Source of the DNA: Myxococcota bacterium
GTDB lineage: Bacteria; Myxococcota; XYA12-FULL-58-9; JABJBS01
Length of the DNA stretch: 64,000 bases
Direction of reading: 5' to 3'
Assembly (NCBI GenBank): GCA_036339465.1
Contig: JAYZAY010000024.1
Span: forward strand, 21,801 to 85,800
Shown: positions 1-12,263 of the stretch, one piece after another
Numbering within the stretch: position 1 is the stretch's first letter
How the letters are laid out: every line of letters begins with the position of its first letter
Notes under the pieces: generated by a model
What the model was told of the DNA's origin: nothing
The model's database searches: none
What the model saw: the letters and a program-made list of their open reading frames with translations, nothing else
Made by a program: the position numbers and the translations under genes

Positions 1-1708
1 GTGCAGAAAAATGATTGAGAAGAAACGTCCAGTGGTTCGAGAAATCGTTGTCCTTTTCTGGGGCCTGTCCGAGCGGGCTGTGGAGTTCGACGAGTGAACG
101 TGTGGGGATGAGTTTTAGGGTTTCGCCGTCAGCTTCTGGGGGAATTGTTAAGGTGCCAGGAGCCTTGAACTGAACTTTTCCGGGGCCTTTTGGGGTTTCA
201 TATTCAAACCATAGATTTTCTGAGAGAAAACCGGCATCCGGACCGGTTTGCGTTATTCTGAATTGTCGGTCGTTGTTGGACACGGGTTCTAAGGCGTAGC
301 CGATTTTCAGACATTTGGATGTCCATGCTGCCAGGGTTGGCAAATCTCCGCCATTATTCCTGATGAAGTTCATGAAGTCTTCCCAGGTTCTGTTTTTAAG
401 GTCGATCAGCCCCAATATGTCTACATTTGGGATTTCCGCTTGTAGCTTTGAGTAGAGTGGCTCAGCCCGGTGATGCCCATACAGAAAGGTAAGGGGACTA
501 AAATCATGGAGTTTTGGGGTACAGACGGGGCGATAGTAGGTTCGTTGAAACGGAATTGAAGGGGCATGTAAAAGGACATCGACCTGTGGGATGAACGCAA
601 ACGGTTTTATTAAGGTCGATATACCTTCACGGGATTCAGACTGAATACTCTGAGAACTATTTTTCTGCGCGTATTCTCTCCTAAGCAATGTTTTGGCTAG
701 AATTGCGCTGAGAAGTCCTTGGAAATGTTCGTTTTGTGCTGAAGTGGAAGCACGAATCACTCTCGTCAAGAGGGCTTCTTGGAGCCTGTTACGGTGTAAC
801 TTTTGCAATTGCTCAAGGGGGGGGATGTGAAAGAAACGGTCGCTTATGGCGAAACCGAGGTCGAATTCCACAACCAACTCGCTTCGAAGGGGCAGGATGA
901 TGAGGAGCATGGGAGTTCGAAAATCTCTGGTCATTTGATGGTGGGGTAAGGATTCTAGTAGGGCGCGAATTTGTTGTAGGTGGGTGCTTGGTGTTGTTTT
1001 TCCAAGTTCCCATAGTTTTGACGGATAACTTCTGGATTGGTTTAAGTTTGGGTAGATAAACAAGGATTCCTTAATGACGCCTTCCTGGATATAGATTGGG
1101 GTTAGCTTGAGCGTTTTAGACAGAAGGATAGGCAAGTAATGTCCATGATGGGTTTGGTGGTACTTTTTTTGTTTAGGGGAGGTGGGTTGGGTACCGATGA
1201 GACCAGGCTCAATTTGGTTTAACACGATAGTGTAGTGGATGTCTTGTTTTGGGATGAGGTCTGGATGTGTGGAAAGAGTGGGGTGCCATCCGGTTAAGAG
1301 ACTTAAGTAGTATGGCGATTTCCCAAGTAACTCTCTTCCTTCAGCGACCGTTGTCTTAAAGTGGATGACGAGTGTTTCGTCTTGGTTTTCGATTACTGCT
1401 TTTTGTCGATCCTTAAAGTAATTCAATCGGTCCGGCATTTTTCCGCTCTTCATCGTGGGTGGGGACGGTGATAGGGGAGGGAGGTACCAAGCTCGATTTG
1501 TATCGGTGAGTGCATCTTCGCGTTGGTGGACCCAGTTTGGGTATTGACTCATATAGAGCGTTTTGCGGTTCGGTTTGCGGCAGTTTAGGGTTCCGGCTAC
1601 CACGCCCATTTTAACATCGATTTGTGCCTGGATACTGAGTGATTCGCATGGAAGAGGCGTTGGTGCCATGGAGTGTACGGTAATTATGAAGAGGAAGGTA
1701 AGGGGCAT
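1..1708 (-). CDS. Hypothetical, probably exported protein (>569 aa, 3'-truncated by window edge)
   Basis: Manual translation from ATG at 1708 (MPLTFLFIITVHSMAPTPLPCESLSIQAQIDVKMGVVAGTL...) is stop-free to base 1; absent from the ORF track because no stop lies in the window; hydrophobic N-terminus. Confidence 0.75.
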   Translation of the reverse strand, partial: MPLTFLFIITVHSMAPTPLPCESLSIQAQIDVKMGVVAGTLNCRKPNRKTLYMSQYPNWVHQREDALTDTNRAWYLPPLSPSPPTMKSGKMPDRLNYFKDRQKAVIENQDETLVIHFKTTVAEGRELLGKSPYYLSLLTGWHPTLSTHPDLIPKQDIHYTIVLNQIEPGLIGTQPTSPKQKKYHQTHHGHYLPILLSKTLKLTPIYIQEGVIKESLFIYPNLNQSRSYPSKLWELGKTTPSTHLQQIRALLESLPHHQMTRDFRTPMLLIILPLRSELVVEFDLGFAISDRFFHIPPLEQLQKLHRNRLQEALLTRVIRASTSAQNEHFQGLLSAILAKTLLRREYAQKNSSQSIQSESREGISTLIKPFAFIPQVDVLLHAPSIPFQRTYYRPVCTPKLHDFSPLTFLYGHHRAEPLYSKLQAEIPNVDILGLIDLKNRTWEDFMNFIRNNGGDLPTLAAWTSKCLKIGYALEPVSNNDRQFRITQTGPDAGFLSENLWFEYETPKGPGKVQFKAPGTLTIPPEADGETLKLIPTRSLVELHSPLGQAPEKDNDFSNHWTFLLNHFSA

Positions 1709-1789
1709 AGTCTACTCTTAGTCTGTACTAAATAGGAGTTCCAAGCACCCAGTGAGAATAGATTCGAAATAAAGTCCTTTTCTCAATAT

Positions 1790-2752
1790 TCAGATTTCTA
1801 AGAGTTGGGACGTTTTTAGGGCTGTGTTGATTTGGTTGGCCATGTCTAGGACCCGACTGGCTTGGGTTAAGTCTACTTTTGGTCTTGACTGGGTCCGAAT
1901 GGATACGATGAAATCGTTGAGTTGTTCGTAGAGGGGATCTTTGTTGGGGACATCGAGTGTCTTGGCCGAAATAGCAGGCCATTGACCTCCCGAATCAGAA
2001 TCCCGGTGAACACATTTAACTTCTCGATCCTTACAGTCGACGGAAACGTAGCCGTGTTTGGAGAAGAAACGAATTTTTCTGACTTGTTCCATGGAGGCAC
2101 GGCCAGCTCTCAGTTCTGCGACTTGCCCCCCACCAAAGGCGAGTCGGACGCTCGCCATATCTGTTTCGGCGGTGACGATTGGCACCCCTGCGGCGCGAAC
2201 CTCAATGAGTTGGTCTGGAATGATAGCTGCGACCAGATCGAGATCGTGGATCATCAAGTCCATGATCACGTCTATATTTCCCGAGCGTCCAGAAAAGGGG
2301 CCGAGTCGTTCCGAGGTGATATAGCGAGCACCAGACACCAATGGCAGGGCTTGTTGAATCGCTGGATTAAAGCGTTCGACGTGTCCCACCTGAACGATTC
2401 TTGGCTTTTTTTCCACCAGCGCGATGAGGGTTGATAATTCAGCCTGAGTGGCGGTGGCAGGTTTTTCTATGAGTAGGTGGTAACCTTGACCGAGAAGAGT
2501 TGTGGAGGTGTCGGCATGGGTCTCAGTTGGGGATGCTACAATCGCGGCGTCTAGATTGAGTGAGTCGTGGATTTGGTCGATGTGTTCGTAAACGATGCAG
2601 TCATGGTCCACTCTTGCCTTCGCTCGTTGATTCGCGTCAGGATCCACGATGGCAACAAGCTCCGCTTCTGGATGTTCTTTTACTTTTGCAGCGTGGTATC
2701 CTCCGAGGTGCCCATAGCCGATAATGGCGAATTTGATGGAAGTATGACGCAT
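1790..2752 (-). CDS. Gfo/Idh/MocA family NAD-dependent oxidoreductase, GnnA-like (UDP-GlcNAc 3-dehydrogenase candidate)
   Basis: GYGHLG Rossmann motif, EKP, VGHVERFNPA, DLMIHDLD; directly downstream of lpxA-lpxI. Confidence 0.85.
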   Translation of the reverse strand: MRHTSIKFAIIGYGHLGGYHAAKVKEHPEAELVAIVDPDANQRAKARVDHDCIVYEHIDQIHDSLNLDAAIVASPTETHADTSTTLLGQGYHLLIEKPATATQAELSTLIALVEKKPRIVQVGHVERFNPAIQQALPLVSGARYITSERLGPFSGRSGNIDVIMDLMIHDLDLVAAIIPDQLIEVRAAGVPIVTAETDMASVRLAFGGGQVAELRAGRASMEQVRKIRFFSKHGYVSVDCKDREVKCVHRDSDSGGQWPAISAKTLDVPNKDPLYEQLNDFIVSIRTQSRPKVDLTQASRVLDMANQINTALKTSQLLEI

Positions 2753-2766
2753 ATGAAAGTTCTCTT

Positions 2767-3591
2767 TTAATCCAGTCCGATAATCGTTATCCCAACTTGA
2801 TTTGCTTTTTTGATGATGACTTCAGGTTCAAGTAGTAAGGTTCGGTTGGCTTCGATGCCTAGTACTTTTCCTCCAGCTTTTGAGATCGCCTCGATGGTTT
2901 GGATACCGATTGCAGGTATGTCGAAACGCATATCTTGGACGGGCTTGGCAACTTTGACCACCACTATTTTTGTGTTATTTGCGATTTTCCCTGCCCTTAG
3001 GATACAAGCATCGGTCCCTTCCATGGCTTCCAAGGCGACGACGGTTCCTTCTCTCACGACCACGGTTTGGCCTATGTCTAGTTTTCCTATTTCTCGCGCC
3101 ACGCGTAATCCATAATCAAGATCTTTTTGCTCTTGGGCGGTCGGAGAGCGGTTGGTAAGTAGACCTGATGGTGCCAACGCTTCCGGCATAAAAATAGTCG
3201 AGTCTACGATCTCAATACCGTGTTTTTCAAATTCAGCTGCGATTGCTCTGAGCATGCCGTCGTCTTTTTTGAGTGCCGTTTGGGCCAGGAGCTTAAGTGC
3301 GGTCCAGTCGGGCCGAGCTCCCATGAATAACCGTGTTTTTTTTACGCCTCCGGCCATTGCGGCTTGTTGCACATGGTGTTTTTTAAAGAACCGAATCATG
3401 CGTGAGAGCTGTCCCACTTTGACCCATTGGACATCGGGGACGTGGTCGGTGATGGCCGTCTTGGTTTCACCCTCCATGGCGACAGCGACGACGGCTATGT
3501 TCTTCTCCATGGCTGCTTTGGCAAATAGCAGTGGGAATGAACCATTGCCGGCAATTAATCCAAATGGGGGAGGGCTGTGTACTTGGTTCAT
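2767..3591 (-). CDS. lpxI: UDP-2,3-diacylglucosamine pyrophosphatase LpxI
   Basis: GLIAGNGSFP, DIGQTVVV, EAMEGTD, KPVQDMRFDIPAIG motifs; follows lpxA. Confidence 0.93.
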   Translation of the reverse strand: MNQVHSPPPFGLIAGNGSFPLLFAKAAMEKNIAVVAVAMEGETKTAITDHVPDVQWVKVGQLSRMIRFFKKHHVQQAAMAGGVKKTRLFMGARPDWTALKLLAQTALKKDDGMLRAIAAEFEKHGIEIVDSTIFMPEALAPSGLLTNRSPTAQEQKDLDYGLRVAREIGKLDIGQTVVVREGTVVALEAMEGTDACILRAGKIANNTKIVVVKVAKPVQDMRFDIPAIGIQTIEAISKAGGKVLGIEANRTLLLEPEVIIKKANQVGITIIGLD

Positions 3592-3596
3592 GAATC

Positions 3597-4385
3597 TTAG
3601 CCCTGGTTTCTCCTGATGGAGCAGATACTTCGAGAGGAACTCTTCATGAACTCCACAAATGTTTCCACATGCGGGTCATCAAAGCCAGTTCGAATGGTTT
3701 CTAGGGCAAGGGCGCGCGTCTTACCTGAATGGAACAGAATTTTGAATGCGCTCGAAAGCTGAGTGATTGCGGTTTTTGAAAGGCCCTGGCGTTGGAGTCC
3801 GATACGGTTGACGCTCACATGGCGCGCTCGGTCTCCTTGGACCATGCAAAAAGGAAGCACATCTTGTGCGACCATGGCACCGGCAGCGACTAAAGCCATT
3901 GTTCCAACGCGACAAAACTGATGGATACCTGCAAGGCCGCCCACAATAACGTTATCCCCGAGCGATACATGGCCGGCGAGGCCAACTGAATTCGCCAGTA
4001 TGACCTGGTTTCCAAGTTCGCAGTCGTGAGCGACGTGTGAATATGCCATAAATAGGCAATCATTACCTACTCTGGTTTCCATTGCGCCGTCTTGAGTTCC
4101 TATATTCATGGTTACGGATTCACGAATTGTATTGTTGTTCCCGATCTGGAGGGTGGATGGTTCACCGTCAAACTTGAGATCCTGAGGGACCGTGCCTAGG
4201 GAAGCGAAGGGGAATACGGTGTTGTTTTCTCCTATGGTCGTTCTGTTTTGCACGTTTACGTGTGAGATTAGCTTCGTGTTAGCACCTATCCTCGCGTGTG
4301 ACCCAATGATGCAGTAGGGACCGATTTCCGCAGTGTGGTGGATTTCCGATCCTTCAGCAATGATTGCGGTGGGGTGAATTGCCAT
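3597..4385 (-). CDS. lpxA: Acyl-ACP--UDP-N-acetylglucosamine O-acyltransferase
   Basis: Start reassigned to ATG 4385 (MAIHPTAII), overlapping the lpxD stop (TAATG); hexapeptide repeats, PQDLKF, HVAHDC, HQF. Confidence 0.96.
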   Translation of the reverse strand: MAIHPTAIIAEGSEIHHTAEIGPYCIIGSHARIGANTKLISHVNVQNRTTIGENNTVFPFASLGTVPQDLKFDGEPSTLQIGNNNTIRESVTMNIGTQDGAMETRVGNDCLFMAYSHVAHDCELGNQVILANSVGLAGHVSLGDNVIVGGLAGIHQFCRVGTMALVAAGAMVAQDVLPFCMVQGDRARHVSVNRIGLQRQGLSKTAITQLSSAFKILFHSGKTRALALETIRTGFDDPHVETFVEFMKSSSRSICSIRRNQG

Positions 4386-5446
4386 TATGATAAGTCCTCC
4401 TTGGAAGAGGTGGGATTGGCGTGATCTTTTGTCTCTTTTTCTTTCTTTTGGCTGCGTAAACTTAAAATCTCTTTTCGCATTTTGGGAAGTTCTTTGCGGA
4501 GTGCGCTGTAACGTAGCCAGTCTCGGTGAGGCATGGCAGGGGTTCCCGAAAGGATGGATCCCTTTTTGACATTGCTGATGGGGGCAGCTCTTGCGGCGAG
4601 CATGACCTGATCTTCGATTTGAATATGGCCAACGACGCCTGCTTGAGCTCCTATAATAACATTGTTGCCGACGGTGGTGCTGCCTGCGATGCCAGCTTGG
4701 CTCACGATGACACAATCTTGGCCGATACGAACATTGTGTGCGATTTGTACCAGATTATCGATTTTGGTGCCCCGTCCTATTTGGGTTGCCCCCAGCGCAG
4801 CCCTGTCAATGGTTACATTTGCCCCTATCTCTACATCATCCTCGATGATAACGATTCCGACTTGGGGGATTTTATGGTGCTTGCCGGTGCTATCGGAGGC
4901 GAACCCAAAGCCATCGCTACCTATGACACTTCCCGACTGAATGACCACACGGTTTCCAAGAATAGAACCATCAAGGAGCTTGGTGCCCGGATGGATAAAG
5001 CAGTCTGAGCCTATGGCGACGCCGCGGCCCACATACGCTCCAGCTTCGATGATGGTATTGTCCCCAATCACTGCCTCATCCATGATGATAGCGGCTGGGC
5101 CGATACTGGCGGTTTTGGAGAGGGTGGCGGTGGGAGAGATATAAGCACCTGGGGTTATGCCGGGTTTTCTTGGGGCCGAAGGATGGAACAACCTGACCAA
5201 TTTTGCGAGGGCCACATAAGGTTCAGAGCTTATCAGCTGACTGATGTTTAGCTCTGGGATTGCTTGAGCTAAGAGCAGTCCACCAGCTTGGGTGGTGGCT
5301 AGGAGACCCTTGTATTTTTTGTTGGTGAAAAAGCTAAGGTGGTCTCTTGTCGCTCGATTTAGTTCGGCGACCCCAGTGATCTGTTTAGAATGGTCTCCGA
5401 CGACTTTGCCGCCAACGACTTCGGCCAAGTGGCCAAGGCTAGGCAT
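4385..5446 (-). CDS. lpxD: UDP-3-O-acyl-glucosamine N-acyltransferase
   Basis: Hexapeptide repeats, [27 protein letters not shown]. Confidence 0.96.
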   Translation of the reverse strand: MPSLGHLAEVVGGKVVGDHSKQITGVAELNRATRDHLSFFTNKKYKGLLATTQAGGLLLAQAIPELNISQLISSEPYVALAKLVRLFHPSAPRKPGITPGAYISPTATLSKTASIGPAAIIMDEAVIGDNTIIEAGAYVGRGVAIGSDCFIHPGTKLLDGSILGNRVVIQSGSVIGSDGFGFASDSTGKHHKIPQVGIVIIEDDVEIGANVTIDRAALGATQIGRGTKIDNLVQIAHNVRIGQDCVIVSQAGIAGSTTVGNNVIIGAQAGVVGHIQIEDQVMLAARAAPISNVKKGSILSGTPAMPHRDWLRYSALRKELPKMRKEILSLRSQKKEKETKDHANPTSSKEDLS

Positions 5447-5453
5447 TCTCTTT

Positions 5454-5984
5454 TTATTTTTTCGCGTATTGTTTGTTGTAGGCTTTTACAACATCACTGG
5501 TAATGTCTTGATGTCGCTTATGGTAGAGCACGGCGGCGTTGATTTCTAGGATCATATCGTAACTATCCCTATCTCCGATTCGGGCGACGATGGTTCGAAT
5601 TTTTTCGCCGATTCCCTTGGTGATCTTACCTTCTTGGTCCATGAGTTCACGTTGGAGTCCCATGTAGGTTTGCTGCATTTCCATGAATTTACGTTGCAGC
5701 TCGTCTTGTTGCTTCGCTCGGACTTCGGGTTTCATCATGGTGGATTTACGGTCGAAATCTTCTTTTTTTCGCTTCATCTCTTTCTGAAGCTTGTCTAATT
5801 GGGCTTGTTTGCGCTCGAAATCCTTCTTGAGCTTGGCTTTAGCCGCTTTGCCCTCGTCGACTTCGTTGAGGGCCCGAGACATGTCGACATAACCAACCCG
5901 GATTTTACTGGTGGCTGCCTGGAGGGGAGCACCTGTGAGGAAAGCAAAAATGCAAATGCTGATAAGAACGCCATTGAATCGCAT
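5454..5984 (-). CDS. skp: OmpH/Skp periplasmic chaperone
   Basis: Signal peptide, VGYVD, long coiled coil, DIT C-terminal motif; upstream of lpxD. Confidence 0.9.
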   Translation of the reverse strand: MRFNGVLISICIFAFLTGAPLQAATSKIRVGYVDMSRALNEVDEGKAAKAKLKKDFERKQAQLDKLQKEMKRKKEDFDRKSTMMKPEVRAKQQDELQRKFMEMQQTYMGLQRELMDQEGKITKGIGEKIRTIVARIGDRDSYDMILEINAAVLYHKRHQDITSDVVKAYNKQYAKK

Positions 5985-6083
5985 AGAAAACTCCGAGAAA
6001 ACTGCAAAATGTTACCGGTGGGGTGTATCATAATCAAAGACGCGGTCAAGCGGTGTACATTCATGGGCTTTCCGGAGTGAAGG

Positions 6084-8488
<2,405 letters not shown>

Positions 8489-8519
8489 AGAAACCTGTTA
8501 TCTTAAGGATTGAACAAGC

Positions 8520-10091
8520 ATGAGTCAAACTCACCAGTCTGTACTTATTCTCGACTTTGGATCGCAATATACTCAATTGATTGCCCGCCGAGTCCGCCAG
8601 TTGAACGTTTATTGCGAGATTCGACCGTTTTCCATTGGTCTTGACACGGTTAAAGCCCTCAATCCAGCCGCAATTATACTGAGTGGCGGACCCTCATCTG
8701 TGTATGGAGAGGGGGCTCCAGATATTGAGAAGGCAGTTTTGGATATCGGTCTTCCCATTTTGGGGATTTGTTACGGGGCACAACTTTTGGCCAAAAAATT
8801 TGGTGGTAAGGTCGTACCTTCTGAAGAACGCGAGTACGGTTATGCCAAGGTGACCAAGCAAAGGGATATTCCGGGGGTAGCTGAACCGCTCTTGAGCCAG
8901 TTCGAAGCCGGAGAGGATTTTGATGTTTGGATGAGTCACGGAGATAGAATCGAGGAGCTTCCACCCTCTTTTGTGTCTATCGCGCATACCGAGAGCACAC
9001 CTTTTGCGGCGATTGCCCATGTGGAAAAGCCGGTTGTGGGCCTTCAATTTCACCCAGAAGTCAGTCACACGCCGCAAGGTATTGAGATTCTAAAGGGGTT
9101 TCTATTTGGTATCGCGAATTTTCGCGGTGATTGGACCATGTCCTCATTTGTTGAAGAGCAACAAGGTTTGATTCGAGGTGTGGTGAAGCCTGGAGAGAAA
9201 GTCATATGTGGCTTGTCTGGCGGGGTGGATTCGTCCGTGGTTTCGGCTCTGCTCAGAAAGGCGATTGGCGATGACCTTGTCTGTATTATGGTCGACAATG
9301 GTCTTTTGAGACACAAGGAGGTCGAAGGCGTCCGTGAAGCGTTTACGGGGGCAGGACTTGGGAAGTTGCGGGTGGTGGATGCCAGGGATGAGTTTATGGA
9401 CGCCCTCAAGGGAATTGAGGATCCTGAATTGAAACGTAAGACCGTCGGGAAAATATTTATCGATGTTTTTGAGCGTGAGTCGACTAAGATTGAGGGAGCT
9501 AAGTACCTTGCGCAAGGGACCCTTTACCCCGATGTTATCGAGTCGGTTAGTGTCACGGGAGGACCCTCGGTGACGATTAAGAGTCATCACAATGTGGGTG
9601 GCCTTCCTGAAAAAATGAACCTCAGTTTGATTGAGCCGTTGCGGGACCTATTCAAGGATGAAGTGCGGTTGGTCGGTTTAGAATTGGGACTGCCTAGGGA
9701 AATTTGTTTTAGGCAACCATTCCCTGGGCCAGGCTTATCGGTTCGAATACCGGGAGAGGTGACTTTCCCGAAGTGCGAGACACTTCGGGCCGCGGATGCC
9801 ATTATTATGGATGAGATTGTCCAAGCGGGACTTTACGAGAAATGCTGGCAGACTTTTGGTGTTCTCTTACCAGTGCTTTCTGTGGGGGTGATGGGTGACG
9901 AACGAACCTATGAAAATGCGCTATCGGTGAGGAGTGTTGACTCGGTTGATGGTATGACGGCGGATTGGAGTCGATTGCCCTACGATGTTCTTGGACGGAT
10001 ATCCAACCGAGTGATCAATGAGGTGCGGGGTATCAACCGTGTGTTGTACGATATTAGCTCAAAACCACCCGCAACCATAGAGTGGGAGTAG
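8520..10091 (+). CDS. guaA: GMP synthase (glutamine-hydrolysing)
   Basis: DFGSQYTQLI, GICYG, QFHPE, SGGVDS, KPPATIEWE. Confidence 0.98.
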   Translation: MSQTHQSVLILDFGSQYTQLIARRVRQLNVYCEIRPFSIGLDTVKALNPAAIILSGGPSSVYGEGAPDIEKAVLDIGLPILGICYGAQLLAKKFGGKVVPSEEREYGYAKVTKQRDIPGVAEPLLSQFEAGEDFDVWMSHGDRIEELPPSFVSIAHTESTPFAAIAHVEKPVVGLQFHPEVSHTPQGIEILKGFLFGIANFRGDWTMSSFVEEQQGLIRGVVKPGEKVICGLSGGVDSSVVSALLRKAIGDDLVCIMVDNGLLRHKEVEGVREAFTGAGLGKLRVVDARDEFMDALKGIEDPELKRKTVGKIFIDVFERESTKIEGAKYLAQGTLYPDVIESVSVTGGPSVTIKSHHNVGGLPEKMNLSLIEPLRDLFKDEVRLVGLELGLPREICFRQPFPGPGLSVRIPGEVTFPKCETLRAADAIIMDEIVQAGLYEKCWQTFGVLLPVLSVGVMGDERTYENALSVRSVDSVDGMTADWSRLPYDVLGRISNRVINEVRGINRVLYDISSKPPATIEWE

Positions 10092-10202
10092 CTGGCGACT
10101 ATTAAGCGGGGATTTCTTCCCACCTCGTTTTTGCTTAATCCTAATTTTCTATCATCCTCCCTTGTTTCCAGATAGAATGGGCAAGGAACAGTTGGGGGCT
10201 TT

Positions 10203-11021
10203 ATGACGAATTTTAGGCTTTTATACCGGGGATTTCTCTTATGCTCGGGGGTGGTTGTTTCTCTGCTGTGGACTGGTTCAGTGCTGTTGGCGGGTGATAA
10301 AGGGGGTGTGGTTGAGAGTGTATCCCATGGCGAGATTCATTGGGGTAAGGGTACCCTGGTGGTGACCGGAAGCGGCGCTCCTGATTTGCGGGCTCCGAAT
10401 GCGGCTGTCGCAAGACTCGGTGCAGAGCGTGCGGCAAAAATGTCGGCTTTCCGTAATATTCTCGAAGCAGTTCAAGGGGCTCGAGTTCAGTCGGGGCAGA
10501 CAGTGGGGGATTTATTGGCGACGCAACCTGAAATGCGAACCAAGGTTCAAGGGGTGGTTCGTAACTTTAAGGTTCTTGATACTCGGTATTATTCTGATGG
10601 TGGCGTGGACCTGGTTGTAGAGGTACCACTCTCGGGGGTTTTGTTGGAGACTTTGGTACCCGCTGGAGCATCGGGTGACACTGCGACAGCTGGCGGTCGT
10701 GGTGTACTTATCCAGGCGAAGGGGATGAAGTTAGTGCCAGCGCTTGCGCCTAAGATCTTGGATGAATCGGGAAACGAACTCTACTCGGCGGCCATCGTTA
10801 ATCAAGCGGCGGCATTAAAGTGGGGGTACGTGGCTTATTATAAGACGCTCAAGCAAGCGAAAAAAGATGTGAGAATCGGCAAGCAACCCCTAATAGTGAA
10901 GGCCTTGCGTCCCGATACTGCGGGTGGGAGTGACATTGTTCTTGAGGCGAGTGAGGTTTCAATACTGAAGTCCGCGATGGCCTCCTTGAGGCAGGGAAGA
11001 ATCGGAATTATCGTAGATTGA
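10203..11021 (+). CDS. LPP20-like exported protein
   Basis: Signal peptide; IHWGKG..V.GSGAP and AERAAKMSAFRNILE patterns typical of this family. Confidence 0.65.
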   Translation: MTNFRLLYRGFLLCSGVVVSLLWTGSVLLAGDKGGVVESVSHGEIHWGKGTLVVTGSGAPDLRAPNAAVARLGAERAAKMSAFRNILEAVQGARVQSGQTVGDLLATQPEMRTKVQGVVRNFKVLDTRYYSDGGVDLVVEVPLSGVLLETLVPAGASGDTATAGGRGVLIQAKGMKLVPALAPKILDESGNELYSAAIVNQAAALKWGYVAYYKTLKQAKKDVRIGKQPLIVKALRPDTAGGSDIVLEASEVSILKSAMASLRQGRIGIIVD

Positions 11022-11032
11022 TTAGGGGGGGC

Positions 11033-12226
11033 ATGGGGATGAATACAAAGATGATTCGAAGTTGCATGGTTGCTTTTGTTTTTGCGCTATTTTTAGGGTC
11101 GGGGGTGTCCTTTGCTCAAAAGGGTGGGGGGGCGAAGGTCAAGGCCAAGGGTCAAGCGGCAATTTATGGCGATGATGTGGCCAACGCTCGGGACCGAGCT
11201 ATTCAAGATGCCCAACGAAAGGCGGTTGAACAGGCTTTAGGGTTGATGGTTAGCAGCGAAACTTTGATGAGTAACTTCCAGCTTATTTCCGATGAGATTT
11301 TGACCAAAGCCAGTGGTTATGTCCGAGGCTATAAGATCCTTAAAGAGGGTCGTACTGAGGATGGGATTTACGAGGTTACGATTAAGGCTAAGGTTGGAAG
11401 GAGCGTTTTAAAAAGCGATTTACAAGGCGTTCTTGCAATCCTAGAGACAAAAAATATGCCCCGTGTTTTGGTGATGATCTCTGAACAAAATGTAGGCGGT
11501 GGAGGAAAGCCTTGGTGGCAATCGGGTGGTACCGTGAGTATGGATGCTGCGGAGAATACTTTTATTGATGCTTGGAGACCCAAAGGGATTGAGTTTGTTG
11601 ATCGGCAGGCTTTGACCGGTGAGATCAGTACGAGGGGGCCACTGGCTCAAGAGCCTTCCGCTTCCGAGGTGAAGACTTTTGGGGCGAAGGTGGGTGCAGA
11701 GGTTGTGGTGGTTGGTAAGGCCATTGCTTTAGACAAGGGCGCCATTATGAATACGGCCATGAGATCAGTTCAGGCCACACTTTCCCTAAGGGCGATCAAT
11801 GTGGACTCGGGTCGCGTTTTGGCCACAGCCATCGTGAATAAGGCAAACCCTCACGTGGATCCGATTGTTGGGGGGACACTTGCCCTTAAGAAAGCAGCTG
11901 AAGCTGCCGCCGAAGAGCTCTTGCAAAAGATATTGGCTGTTTGGGAACATGAGGCATCAGGACCTTCAAAATTGGTTTTGAAGGTAAAAAATATTCCTAA
12001 GTTCAGAGTGCTGCGAACTATGCAGAAGTTTTTGGGGAATCAAGTACGTGGCATGCAAAAAATTAGGCAGCGAAGTTATCGGGGGGGCGTTGCTGAACTT
12101 GAGGTGGAATTTAATGGGTCCACATCTGATCTTGCCATCGAGTTAGAAGAAAAACGTTTCAATGGCTATTCCTTGGAAATAGAAGAAATCACCGGAAATG
12201 TGGTCATTGGCAGCCTCACGAAATAG
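11033..12226 (+). CDS. FlgT N-terminal domain-containing exported protein
   Basis: Signal peptide; AKGQAAI...ARDRAIQDAQRKAVEQALG FlgT_N-like motif; start 11033 or 11039. Confidence 0.7.
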   Translation: MGMNTKMIRSCMVAFVFALFLGSGVSFAQKGGGAKVKAKGQAAIYGDDVANARDRAIQDAQRKAVEQALGLMVSSETLMSNFQLISDEILTKASGYVRGYKILKEGRTEDGIYEVTIKAKVGRSVLKSDLQGVLAILETKNMPRVLVMISEQNVGGGGKPWWQSGGTVSMDAAENTFIDAWRPKGIEFVDRQALTGEISTRGPLAQEPSASEVKTFGAKVGAEVVVVGKAIALDKGAIMNTAMRSVQATLSLRAINVDSGRVLATAIVNKANPHVDPIVGGTLALKKAAEAAAEELLQKILAVWEHEASGPSKLVLKVKNIPKFRVLRTMQKFLGNQVRGMQKIRQRSYRGGVAELEVEFNGSTSDLAIELEEKRFNGYSLEIEEITGNVVIGSLTK

Positions 12227-12263
12227 TTCTTTGGGAAAATATCGATGGGGATTAGGTGGAACC

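Noticed and set aside
4386..4715. 110-aa N-terminal extension of LpxA in the ORF track
   Set aside because: It overlaps lpxD in another frame; the real start is ATG 4385 (MAIHPTA), coupled to the lpxD stop
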